The notes beneath the pieces are model-generated. The model was not told where the DNA came from. It ran no database searches and saw only the letters and a program-made list of their open reading frames with translations. DNA of 63,815 nucleotides, the filler included, from Octopus bimaculoides (Eukaryota): the NCBI RefSeq assembly GCF_001194135.2. It is 6 parts of 6 records of this genome, joined end to end, with 100 filler letters (N's around TTAATTAATTAA, not from the genome) between each part and the next. Parts side by side here need not be neighbours in the genome. Positions count along the whole stretch, not along the records: positions 50,998 to 60,090 come from NC_069007.1; positions 60,191 to 62,526 come from NC_068991.1; positions 62,627 to 63,815 come from NC_069005.1; 3 more parts are not named here. One strand, written 5' to 3'. Position 1 is the stretch's first letter; every line of letters starts with the position of its first letter. This document shows, one piece after another, positions 51,744-63,815 of this stretch. The position numbers were made by a program, and so were the translations under genes.

Positions 51744-52183
51744 CATTATNNNNNNNNNNNNNNNNNNNNNNNNNNNNNNNNNNNNNNNNNNNNNNNNNNN
51801 NNNNNNNNNNNNNNNNNNNNNNNNNNNNNNNNNNNNNNNNNNNNNNNNNNNNNNNNNNNNNNNNNNNNNNNNNNNNNNNNNNNNNNNNNNNNNNNNNNNA
51901 TATATATATATATATTTACACTACACCAGGGAGAGAGCAAAAAACGACGAAAGTACGAAGGCTGGACGTGCGAAGGAGTGATATGGGCAAATAATGATTT
52001 ATATCCAGTAGTATATTTATCATTGCAGGAATATACATTCCTACATAAACTCATACATGTGCGAGTGTTTATATTGTCAATGACTACGTGTGTTGAAAGT
52101 GATATATAACCATGACAAACAATAAATATGAATTAGTATATAAATTATGTATTCACCTAGATGTACTTTAGTATGTCATATTG

Positions 52184-52216
<33 letters not shown>

Positions 52217-52268
52217 GTGGCCTGCGTATTTACATACTTTGAGTCCGTTACGGTATTGATAGATGTAT

Positions 52269-52404
<136 letters not shown>

Positions 52405-52614
52405 TTAGACGCACAGACAGATAGATAGATATGTGTTGATTTCTATTCGAAGTATTTTACTAATAACGCATTTCTTTATACATGTATATACATACCCCAA
52501 GTGGAGGCACAATGGCTTAGTGGTTAGGGAAGCGAACTCGCGGTCGGATGCTCGCGGTTTCCTTTCCCATACCCAGCGTTGTGTATGTATACGTTACGCT
52601 TTTATTCTTTTAGA

Positions 52615-52966
52615 CTTTCAGTTATTTGACTGTGGTGATGCTGTTGTGTCGCCCTTAGTCGAACAACTCGTTTTATTCACTGTAGGCCTTGTATTCATTT
52701 TACCAGTCTGCTTAACTGAACCGCTAAATTTCATGGAAATAACACACCAGCTGTCAAGCGATGGTTGGGGTACAAACACAGACGTGAAGATACATACACA
52801 TAAATATATATACATATATATATACGATGACATTCTTTCAGTTTCCCCCTACCAAATCCATTCAAAATGCTTTGCTCGACCTTTGGCTATAGAAGAAAAC
52901 ACTTGCCCTAGTTGCCATGCTGTGGGACTGAACCCAGTAACATCTTTACCACACAGCCACGGCTGT
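52615..52966 (-). mobile_element. Bipartite SINE B + C
   Basis: Reverse complement: B at 52825-52966, TA linker, C at 52615-52795. Confidence 0.8.
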
Positions 52967-53374
52967 GTCTTGGAATTAAAAAATTAAATACATAAACAAA
53001 ATACAATAAATTTAATTTAATTTAATTTAATGAACGTGAATAAACGGAGGATACTGATAATTCCGGTATCATTCACATCTCCACACACATACAAACATAC
53101 TAAACATAAACACACATAGGGATATACGCATGTGCAAATAAAAACACATATAACAAGAATATAAAATGGCAAATCATTGGGAATGAGAGTCACAGAGAAG
53201 AAAGAAGAAAGCAAAGGACCACTGTTGAAATCACAGAATTGTGACGAAAGAACTTCGGCCGAAATACAGTTAATATAAAATAAAGCTGACGCAAGCGAAC
53301 ACCGAACTAAAAAGTGCGTGTGTTTTCATTGGCTAAATTGGCAACATGACCATCCCTAAATGCAACAATATATA

Positions 53375-53405
<31 letters not shown>

Positions 53406-54305
53406 ATGTATGTATGTATGTATGTATGTATGTACAAATATATTTCTTTAGTAATACGTAGACATACGTTTCCATCTATATTTATGTATCTAAGTGCATC
53501 TCTAATTGCCTCTCGTTCTCCTTGTCCCCCCTTCGTATGCCACTTTCTCTCTCTGTCATTTTCTCACGATTTTTCTCTGTCTTTCCATCTCTCTCTCCCC
53601 CATCTCTCTGTATATATATATGCGTGTGTATGTATTTTTGCCTGGGTACTAATGTTTCTATCTTCAAATATAAACAAATATGTACATTGTAAAATACAAT
53701 ACAACCAGACCCATATGAATCTGTGCGCGTAATTATGTTCATTCTCATTGTATATGTTCATTCTGGTATATTTGTGTTTGTTATGAAAACCGTTTTTTTT
53801 TTATCTTACCTACGTGTATTAGGGACATGTCTGAGTTTGTTTCTAATATTTATTTACACATTTTATTCAAACAATCGTTCGGAGTTATTTACGATCCGTT
53901 CCGAACAATAACATTTTACAATCCATTATCGGTTTGTTTTCTTACTCCTGTTTCCTGCATTCAGCGATAATCCTGGAGGGTTGTTTCAGCGTTTAGTGCT
54001 AAGCAGAAAAGGATCATAGAAAATGTTTTGTAATTGATAATGTTCATCAATTTGTTATAGCTACTAGTCTGCGTCTATAATAGAGCACCGTCTCGGGCCA
54101 TTTTATTCGAAACAATTGTCCCTGGTATATTATTTTCAAAGTCTGCTATTTACTTTGTAGGACTCTGTACGCGAGCCGTCTAATTATAGTGAATTTAACA
54201 GTTTAAAACCGGTTCAGACATGCTGGCGAGGGACAGTCACAAATCAAAAAAGATAAACACATTATTTACATTTGACGGATATTTGTCCTCATCATGTTTG
54301 TTGTT

Positions 54306-54348
54306 AACACGTTTCGACTGATATACTCTCCAGCCTTCATCAGGTGTC
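54306..54348 (-). ncRNA. Minimal type I hammerhead ribozyme motif (probably inactive copy)
   Basis: Minus strand: GACAC CTGATGA A GGCTG gagagtatat CAGTC GAAAC GTGTT. Stem I is GACAC/GTGTT and stem II is GGCTG/CAGTC. No GUH triplet lies between GAAAC and stem I. Confidence 0.7.
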
Positions 54349-54403
54349 TTGAGGAAATTTCGAACCTGGGTTCTCATTCCTGAGGTATTTTACGATGTTG
54401 TTG

Positions 54404-54522
<119 letters not shown>

Positions 54523-54720
54523 TGTCTTTGCACAGCTTCTAACGCTGGAGATGTACTGCGGTGTCAGTTGTCCACTACCAGTGAACTAAGGTAATAACAC
54601 CTCTTATTTTTCGAGCACCTTCCGGAGCATTCAATCGGTTCCAAGCAGTGCTGTTTTCTGCAAGTCCTCCACCCTTATTGCAGCCCCTATTTGTTCCCCG
54701 TACTTCTCTCGATGTTTATC
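54523..54720 (-). mobile_element. 5'-truncated R4/Dong-like RLE LINE 3' end within an (AAT)n tract
   Basis: Minus strand reads KYGEQIGAAIRVEDLQKTALLGTD*MLRKVLE plus a short 3' UTR. (ATT)n lies on both sides. Confidence 0.82.
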
Positions 54721-54737
54721 ATTATTATTATTATTAT

Positions 54738-54771
<34 letters not shown>

Positions 54772-54772
<1 letters not shown>

Positions 54773-54995
54773 AGGCAGCGATGTGGCAGAATCGTTAGAA
54801 GGTCGGGCAAAAATTTTGAGAGGCATTTTGTCTGTCTTCGCGTTTTGGGTTCAAATTCCGCTGAGGTTGACTTTGCGTTCTGAGTTCGACTTTGCCTTTC
54901 GTATTTTTTTAAAATTGAGGAAATAAAATCCATTTGAACACTGGGACCTAAGTAATCGACAAGACCGCTTCTCTGAATTTCGTGGACTTGGTCCA
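54772..54995 (+). mobile_element. SINE family A, diverged
   Basis: Family A sequence with an internal duplication of GTTCTGAGTTCGACTTTGCC. Confidence 0.75.
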
Positions 54996-57564
54996 AGAAA
55001 TTTGTAGTTGTTGTTCTTGTTGTTCCTGTCATCATCATGTTCATCATCATCATCATCATCATCATTATTATTATCATTTGAATCGATTCATCGAAAACTG
55101 TGGCTCATTATTTAAAATGTTTCGTTCCTGTTACAAAAGCTTTCACACCATCTTGGAGACAATGTATGTTAATTCTGTTCCAACAGACAATCTTTAACAA
55201 AACAAAAAAAAATAACAATAAATAAAAATAAGATTCATTTAAAAAAAAAACGCCAGACAAAAAAAAATAAACAGAAATATAAATAACAAATAGACTTGAA
55301 AAGATAAGAAGAAAGAGAAAGCGATAAATAAATAAAGAAAGAAAAAAACATTACAAAAGCATCATTGCTTATAATTTGGTTTACCATTTTTGTTGTTGAC
55401 GTTGTTGTTGTGCAAATGTCTTTCTCACATATTATGAACAAGACACACTAAGTGACAGGTGTCAACGCAATCAAACGACCAATCAGATCTTTAGATAGTT
55501 TTTGGCGAATATTTTAGCATGGGGAAAAATAGTGTTGTCATTATTTCTTGGAGGCATTTTTTTAATATTTTTTTTTCCATTTTATTTATTTTATTTCAAT
55601 TTAGATTTTATTTTTTATTTTTATTTCATATCTTATCTGTTATTTTATCTTTTATTTCATCTTTTTAAATTTGTTGTTTTTTATTTTTATTTTTATTGTG
55701 TCTTTTAACCGTTAATTTTATTTTTCATTTTCTACTTAATTTTGTAAAATTTATTATATTTTTATATTTATTTTATTTTTTACCTAATTCTTTTATATCT
55801 ATTTTATTTTTATTTTTTTACTTATTTCTTCTATTTTTACTTAATGTTTTTTTAAAATTTATTTTAATTTCATTTTTTTAATCTTTTTTACTTTCTATTT
55901 CATTCCTATTTTTATATATTTCATTTTTCCACTTTCTTTTTTTGTTTTCGTTTTAAAACTTTTCTCTATTCTTTATTTTTACTTCATATGTTACAATTTA
56001 GCTAGGTGATGAATTATTAATTGCACAGTCGCGTCTTCAGAATTTGGTCCCAACATATCTTCAGAAGTGACAAGGAATCTTACTGAATAGACTTTTTGAA
56101 ATTGGTAGATGACTGTTCACTGCGATGCGCCAATTAGAGATTTTGACTCTTTAAAGATTCTTCTCATGATCATGTGTCTACGCCAAAGCCAAATCAGGAG
56201 AATTAATACATCGCAAGTTGATGCCAATATTTTGTCACGAAAAATATCAGGTGAAGCCGTCTACGATGTTTGAACATTTTGGTAAACTACGTCTTTAGAA
56301 AAGCAAGTTTCTACGGAAAACCGAGGCTTCAGTTACCGTCTTCCATGTTTTATCTTTTACATGTTTCAATTATTTGACTGCGGTCATGCTGGGGCACCGT
56401 GTTGCAGAGTTTTAGACAAGCAATTCGAACCTAGTGCTTATTTACTTTCTTCAAGTCGAGCACTTTCTCTTTGGCTCTTATTTTCGGCCGAAACACGACG
56501 ATGAGGGGACGTAAACAAACCAACTCCGGTAGGCAAGTGGTGAGGTCCATATAAAAACACAAAGATAAAAAGACATAAACGCACAGACACACATACGCAG
56601 ACATATATATATATATACATACATATACATACAGATATATATATATATATATATATATATANNNNNNNNNNNNNNNNNNNNNNNNNNNNNNNNNNNNNNN
56701 NNNNNNNNNNNNNNNNNNNNNNNNNNNNNNNNNNNNNNNNNNNNNNNNNNNNNNNNNNNNNNNNNNNNNNNNNNNNNNNNNNNNNNNNNNNNNNNNNNNN
56801 NNNNNNNNNNNNNNNNNNNNNNNNNNNNNNNNNNNNNNNNNNNNNNNNNNNNNNNNNNNNNNNNNNNNNNNNNNNNNNNNNNNNNNNNNNNNNNNNNNNN
56901 NNNNNNNNNNNNNNNNNNNNNNNNNNNNNNNNNNNNNNNNNNNNNNNNNNNNNNNNNNNNNNNNNNNNNNNNNNNNNNNNNNNNNNNNNNNNNNNNNNNN
57001 NNNNNNNNNNNNNNNNNNNNNNNNNNNNNNNNNNNNNNNNNNNNNNNNNNNNNNNNNNNNNNNNNNNNNNNNNNNNNNNNNNNNNNNNNNNNNNNNNNNN
57101 NNNNNNNNNNNNNNNNNNNNNNNNNNNNNNNNNNNNNNNNNNNNNNNNNNCCTACAAGAAGCTAAGTAGATAGACAATGAACATGCTGCCTTCACTTCAG
57201 CTTAGAAGCTACTAAGGTATCAGGAAGAAAGACTTGTTACAAAGATGCATCTGTCCAAGGTTGGAATCCATCTGTAAGATCAAATTTACCATCAACCTCG
57301 AGAAAATAAGCGTGCCAAGGGAGAACATGATCGGCGCTTCAATGAACCAACAAGCGTTGAAGGTGCAGTTTTAATGTCAAATGAGCCTACAGAAAAAGAG
57401 AGGCTGTTCTTCACTTGAAACAAGGTGGACTAAGAATTTCAGAGTTACACTGATCCTATGATTGTTTCATGTATCCATTGTTTTTTTTTTTTCCATATGG
57501 AACAGACGGCTATCACATATATTTGCAAGGGAGGAATTACCACACAGGAACAGTAATATATCAC

Positions 57565-57633
57565 GATTGGAGGGTTTCACGACTTAACAGTTATGCTACT
57601 TAATCCAAAGCAACGCCGGGTATGCCTGCTAGT
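57565..57633 (+). mobile_element. Possible Helitron 3' terminus
   Basis: CAACGCCGGGTATGCCTGCTAG|T is a GC-rich subterminal motif ending in CTAG before T, typical of non-autonomous Helitron ends. Confidence 0.45.
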
Positions 57634-58429
57634 ATATACAAATATATATGTGTGAGTGCGTGTGTGTGCGTGTATCTCAATTTATACAGCAAACACATGT
57701 AGTCGATAGCAATACATATTTTTAATATTTATAATTAATATTAATATTTCATGTGAATCATTGTTATTTCATTCATTTCAAAACATTAATAACTGTTAAT
57801 GACAAAGAGGTCACATTCAATATTTTCTAGCTAATTCATAATTGAATATAATACGACAATGGTAACAACACAAAAATAATAATTAAATAGATAACATAAC
57901 CGTTTGGTTATATTAAAGGGCTTCATTTATAACGAAGTACAACGACAAAGATTTAACAAATGTGAAGTAAATATATTTTTTATGTTAGCGTTATGGAAGA
58001 TCAATAGGACAGATAATTGTTGAGTTTTTAGTGTATATAAACTAGTTTATGTCATAAAAGGACTTCATCTTGATAATAGACAAATGAAATACTATGGTAA
58101 CGCAAATGGGAAATATTTCGAGATAGCAGATTTTACTGATTTCATAGTATGTATCCTTTTATTCTTTTATTCCTTTATTCTTTTATTCCTTTATTCTTTT
58201 ATTCCTTTATTCTTTTATTCTTTTACTTGTTTCAGGCATTTGACTGCGACGATGCAGGAGCACCGCCTTAAATGGTTTCAGTCCCCCAAAAATCGACGCC
58301 AGAACTTATCATTTGCAAGCCTAGTACTTATCCTATCGTTATCTTTAGCCAAACATCCAATTTACGGGGAGGTTAACACACCAGCATCGGTTGTCAAGCA
58401 ATGGCGAGAGGACAAGAACACACATACAT

Positions 58430-58469
<40 letters not shown>

Positions 58470-58839
58470 ACGTTGTTGTTGAGGATGATCATAATGGGGT
58501 GTTTATGGTGATGGTGATGGTGATGGTGATGGTGATGGTGATGACTATGACTGTGTTGCTGATAATGATGAAGATGACTTTTTGATTAGTCCTGTCTGAC
58601 AAGAAGATTAATTGAAATGTGACTTTCCTTACCATGTATTCAAATCTTTTCTTCGTTAATAGCAACATTGCGGACAAAATACGAAGGACCGTAAAATATA
58701 GCCGTAAATCCCGCCATTTTAGTTTTGTCGCGTTGAGTGGAAATTATATGATAACAATAATGACTAATACATTTTATTGTTTAACAACCAGACGCATTTA
58801 ATTCAGACGTCAATGAGTTCACCAGCATAAATGCTTAGG

Positions 58840-59975
58840 TTTGTTCTAAAGACATCACGAGTAATTACATTGTAGTAAGTTCATCGTCTAAATATCACTG
58901 TTTTGTAATTATCTAGTGAAAGAATGCATCGTCAATAAATTCATCGTCATACTTTTTATCCGCAGAGTATATACATCGCTAAACATCACATAAAGATCTT
59001 TATTTTCAGAATAAATACGTTTCGTTTCATGAGCAATGAAAACGAAATTCAAAGAGATAAAAATAATATTTCATTCTATGAACTGGAAATTTTTAGATTT
59101 TTGAAAAATCTTGGCAAAGAATCAATCAAGAAACGAAGCAATGATCAAACTGCGTATCACTGGTGCAGAAATCGAACATGGTGAAAAAAGAAAAAAACTA
59201 TACAGTTTATGTAGCAAGAATTACACGGATCGTCAACAAACATCAAAAACTTGCATACTGGATTATTTAAGAGACATGGCTCATAATTAACTCTTTTGAG
59301 GATGTTTCTTTCTTCTTCACATTCAAAATAACTGTTTTATATGATCTATTGGCTGCATGTTTTGTGGCTCTATTTTTTAAAAATCAAATAGATTTTTTCA
59401 TTTGCTGTTTCATGTATATGTTAAGCAAATTTAATAATAATTTTTTATCTTTGTAACAAAGTATTGGCTAGGAGAAAAAGAAAAAAATAAGTGATGTTTA
59501 GTGAGGTATTTCCTTGGAGTAAGGAAATTTAAATGATGTTTAGCGATGCATTTATTCTGCGGATAAGAGGTTTCAATGATGTTTAGCGATGTATTTGCTC
59601 TGCGGATAAGACGCATAAATGATGGGAATAAATTTGCTTGCGGATAAAAAACAGATTAAATAGATTTCAGAGCGATGGATTTCATCTGCAGATGCGAAAA
59701 AGTTTAAATGATGGTTAGCGTTTTATTTACTGGGTAGCTAATAAATTTTAATCATGTTTCCAGCCTTTGCGGATAAAAAGTATAAATGCGGATTAACGAT
59801 GGATTTACTCGTGAGAAAAAAGAAACTATAAATAATGTATAGCGATACATTTACCGTACATATATAATATTTAAATGACATTTCCTATACGGCTCAAAAC
59901 CTTTGAATAATATTTAGATCGATGTACTTAATTGGCAGATAAACGTAAATAATTTCACATTTTAGAGCAATCTCT
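58840..59975 (+). mobile_element. MULE (Mutator-like) derivative: transposase C-terminal remnant between opposed 43-bp repeat arrays
   Basis: 59022-59290 reads, with stops and frameshifts, SFHEQ*KRN...HSMNWKFLDF*KILAKNQSRNEAMIKL...KKNYTVYVARITRIVNK...ILDYLRDMAHN*, which resembles the MULE C-terminal pattern I recall. The flanking arrays are described in findings. Outer ends are not defined. Confidence 0.55.
59489..59975. repeat. Degenerate 43-bp tandem array (~11 units)
   Basis: Unit approx. AATGATGTTTAGCGATGTATTTGCTCTGCGGATAAGA..., with starts at 59489, 59532, 59575 and 59618 (period 43), decaying rightwards. Confidence 0.8.
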
Positions 59976-60190
59976 ATAGAATATCTATAGAAAATAGAGC
60001 CAGTAGGGAAAGATGCGTTCTTTCGTATACGAATACATTTATGTAAACAATGCGCTTGATGATAGGAAGATGAGTAATGTGTGTGAATATNNNNNNNNNN
60101 NNNNNNNNNNNNNNNNNNNNNNNNNNNNNNNNNNTTAATTAATTAANNNNNNNNNNNNNNNNNNNNNNNNNNNNNNNNNNNNNNNNNNNN

Positions 60191-60244
<54 letters not shown>

Positions 60245-60886
60245 TCATGTATATATATTTTATGTATATAAATTTTTGATAGAAACCTATAGCAAAAATA
60301 CATCTAGCGTTGCGGTAAATACAAAGAGGAAACGGTTTCCCTTTAATAGCGTCAACATTAATAACACCAACAACACCAATATCAATATATTTGTGGCTGA
60401 ATAATAACTATACAATAGGACTTGACTCTATACTGAGGAATAATAACATAAAACAAAATGAAAGTAAGCAGAACAACAACTATGAACCACAGCACCAACA
60501 GCAATAACAACATCGATAGCAACATAAGGCAAGGACTAAAACAGTGGTAACGACTACTGCGGCAACTTCATCAACAACAATATGTAACAGCAACAATAAC
60601 AACAATAAAAGCAACAACCATAGTAGTAACAACTATAACATCATCATTGATGAAATTGCAAGGGAACGAAACAAAAAACAAAAACAAAAAAAAAAGAAGA
60701 AAGAAATGGAAATTAAATTCAAAATCGATAGATACATAATTGCGAAGTCCATAGTCTTTATTCTTTGACATTTGCTCTGTGGTGTGAGGTAGCGGTGGTG
60801 GTGGTGGTGGTGAGAGATGGGATAGGAGAGAGAAAGGGAGAATAAGAAAGAGAAAGAGAGAAAGAAAGAGACATAAGACTGGAAAA

Positions 60887-60932
<46 letters not shown>

Positions 60933-61566
60933 CACATATTATATATATATGTATATNNNNNNNNNNNNNNNNNNNNNNNNNNNNNNNNNNNNNNNNNNNN
61001 NNNNNNNNNNNNNNNNNNNNNNNNNNNNNNNNNNNNNNNNNNNNNNNNNNNNNNNNNNNNNNNNNNNNNNNNNNNNNNNNNNNNNNNNNNNNNNNNNNNN
61101 NNNNNNNNNNNNNNNNNNNNNNNNNNNNNNNNNNNNNNNNNNNNNNNNNNNNNNNNNNNNNNNNNNNNNNNNNNNNNNNNNNNNNNNNNNNNNNNNNNNN
61201 NNNNNNNNNNNNNNNNNNNNNNNNNNNNNNNNNNNNNNNNNNNNNNNNTACATATATACATACATTCATACATAGACACAAGCATGCATACATACATGCA
61301 TGTGTGTGCAGATGTATGTATATATATATATATATATATATATCTATCTATCTATATATATATATATATATAAGATTTATTATTGTGTATATATAGATAG
61401 ATAGATAGATACATACATACATACATAGATGGATAGATAGATAGCGTGATCAACAGTGAGAGAGAGAGGGAGTGAAAGAGTGAGAAAGATAGAGGGACAG
61501 AGAAGTAGAGAAAGAAAGAGAGAGTGAGAGAGAGAGAGAGAGAGTGAGATAGATAGAGAGAGAGTG

Positions 61567-61598
<32 letters not shown>

Positions 61599-61789
61599 TG
61601 AGAGAGAGAGAGATAGGGTGAAAGCACAGAAGAAGAGAAACTTACTTGCGAGAGGAGAGAAATAATTGATAAAGAGATTGATAAATGGACATATAGATAG
61701 AGGAAGAGTTATAGCTTAAGATAGAGAGAAAATGGAGGGGGAAAGGGAAGAGAAGCTAGAGAGTGAGATGGAGAATGCGAGGGAAAAGA

Positions 61790-61836
61790 CTGTTGATGAT
61801 GGAGATGACGGTGATGATTACATTGATAATGATGAC

Positions 61837-61890
<54 letters not shown>

Positions 61891-61910
61891 AATGATGATG
61901 ATGATGTTTG

Positions 61911-61942
<32 letters not shown>

Positions 61943-61964
61943 TTGATGATGATGATGATGGTAG

Positions 61965-62000
<36 letters not shown>

Positions 62001-62040
62001 CGACGATGATGATGATGAATTCGACGACGACTGCGACGAC
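61790..62040. repeat. (GAT)n microsatellite
   Basis: Direct reading of the sequence. Confidence 0.97.
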
Positions 62041-62485
62041 TACTACTACAACAATTGTAATATTAATATATAATATATTTCATAGTAATGTGTTTTCGTA
62101 TTAATATATTTTCCTAATGATATTTTAGTGTTTGATAGTAAATAATAAAGGGCGCGCGCACGCATACGGATACGCACACGCACACACATACACGCTCGCA
62201 TGCATGCACGCATTCAGGCACACGCACATAAACGTAAATCTAACCACTCCGCCACTCCTCCACTCCACTGTTCCATCACATCATCACTCCATCAGCATAA
62301 CAAAAATAGGATAAGGTGAGAATAGAGTTAACTCTGCCATTATCATTCTGAAACCGATATTGAGTAAAGTTCATACCATACCAAAAACACACACACAAAA
62401 AGAAGGGAAATATATACATATATATACATACATACATGTATACGCACACACAGACACACACGCACACACACAAACACACACACAC

Positions 62486-62526
<41 letters not shown>

Positions 62527-62942
62527 NNNNNNNNNNNNNNNNNNNNNNNNNNNNNNNNNNNNNNNNNNNNTTAATTAATTAANNNNNNNNNNNNNNNNNN
62601 NNNNNNNNNNNNNNNNNNNNNNNNNNTTACCCTTTTAATCTTTTACGTGTTTCGGTCATTTGACTGCGGCCATGCTGGGTCACCGCTTTTTAGTCGAACA
62701 AATCGACCTCAGCACTTATTCTTTGCAAGCTTAGTAAATATTATATCGGTCTCTTTTGCCGAACAGCTAAGTTACGGGACGTGTACACACCAACATCGGT
62801 TGTCAAAGAGTTGAAAGAGTCTCAATGACCGAAACCGGTACTGAAATGTTTTTTGTAAAAATATTTTTGCGTTTTCTACCTTGACTTTGTTCCATATATA
62901 TATATATATATATATATATAGTTTTAGGGAAAAGAACCAAGG

Positions 62943-63088
62943 CACAGGTGTGGCTACAGAGTTTTGCTTCCCAACCACATGCTTCCGGACTCAGTCCCAC
63001 TGCCTCGAACTTTAGGCAAACGTCGTCTGTTGCAGCTTCAGGCCAACCGAAGGCTTGCGAGAGGATTTCGTATAAAGAAGTCTGTCGT
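62943..63088 (+). mobile_element. SINE head B, diverged
   Basis: GGTGTGGCT...CCCAACCACATGCTTCCGGACTCAGTCCCACTGC. Confidence 0.7.
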
Positions 63089-63137
63089 ATGTGTATGTGT
63101 GTGTGTGTGCGCGCGCGTGCTCGCGTGTGTATGTGTG

Positions 63138-63192
<55 letters not shown>

Positions 63193-63652
63193 GCCAATCT
63201 GTTTGTTTATATAACAGCAGCAGAAGGTTTGATTTTCAGTAGTTCTTTACTCCGGGTTTCGCGTCGACACATTCCAATGCTCTTATAAACTGTGCACATA
63301 TTATGAGGCTTCGATTTTGGCACGATGGAAATGATACACACAAACAGATAATATCGATATTACATTACAAGTGGAGTCAAAGCAGTAAATACAGTTAAAT
63401 ACAACGTCGTACATACATGTTGCTGCTGCACTATCTATCTATCTATCTGTCTATCATCATGGACGGACGGTAGACACATCGGCTCCCATGTAAGTTGCAT
63501 TTTTCACCTCTTAAAAGACCTATTTTGTTTTAAAATTTTGTATAAGTTGTGTATAACACAAAATACTTCGTGAACATATATTTTTCAAATCGGAAATAGC
63601 TCTATTTAGAGCCTTATTTCCAAAAATTCAAACATATCTTCCTCGTTCCTAG

Positions 63653-63815
63653 CCATATTCTTTAAAACGAATATGGCTAAGGTTTTCAACGAGGCCGACT
63701 TCCCGCTCCTAATGCCAGAGGCGAAAACACTTAATGCCGTTCCGCATGAACGCAGACAAGTGATGAAGAAGAGCAATGATTCTGAGTCAACTGCTGCTGC
63801 CTCAACCACCACCAC
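63653..63815 (+). CDS. Candidate host exon, ATG at 63673, open to the window end
   Basis: Acceptor TCTTCCTCGTTCCTAG at 63651-52 and start context AATATGG. The frame MAKVFNEADFPLLMPEAKTLNAVPHERRQVMKKSNDSESTAAASTTT is non-repetitive until the final Thr run. Product not recognised. Confidence 0.4.

Noticed and set aside
59489-59975. CRISPR-like or leucine-rich-repeat reading of the periodic array
   Set aside because: There is no constant repeat with unique spacers, the period of 43 is not a multiple of 3, and the context is eukaryotic.
61732-62073. Poly-Asp ORF, and similarly the poly-I, poly-M, poly-K/R, poly-S/L, HT/CV and YI/YLSI ORFs throughout the track
   Set aside because: These are translations of tri-, di- and tetranucleotide microsatellites or N runs, with no splice or domain support.
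63606-63815. Minus-strand 69-aa ORF in the track
   Set aside because: It is more plausibly the antisense shadow of the + strand frame, which has an acceptor and a good start context.

Overview
This is repeat-saturated, AT-rich animal genomic DNA from a gapped draft scaffold, roughly 10% N. The SINE families and extreme microsatellite density look like a coleoid cephalopod (Octopus-like); that is my recognition, not a database result. No complete host gene is present, and almost all ORFs in the supplied track are translations of microsatellites or N runs. The real coding remnants belong to transposons: four Penelope-like elements or fragments (PLEs), four R4/Dong-like restriction-endonuclease LINE fragments, a Tx1/L1 fragment, two RTE fragments, two Tc1 copies with a DD36E triad, and a MULE C-terminal remnant. 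Dozens of tRNA-derived SINE copies from two families, one of them bipartite, are interspersed. The best host-exon candidate is a + strand exon starting near 63653 and running off the window. The most interesting observations are: a hammerhead-ribozyme motif whose 3' tail is shared with a tRNA-headed (Pol III-like) module at the 3' end of a PLE; a DD36E Tc1 family; a PHD-type finger inside RTE ORF2; a MULE remnant bracketed by oppositely oriented 43-bp arrays; a PLE with inverted terminal repeats; and several long inverted repeats that could form dsRNA.
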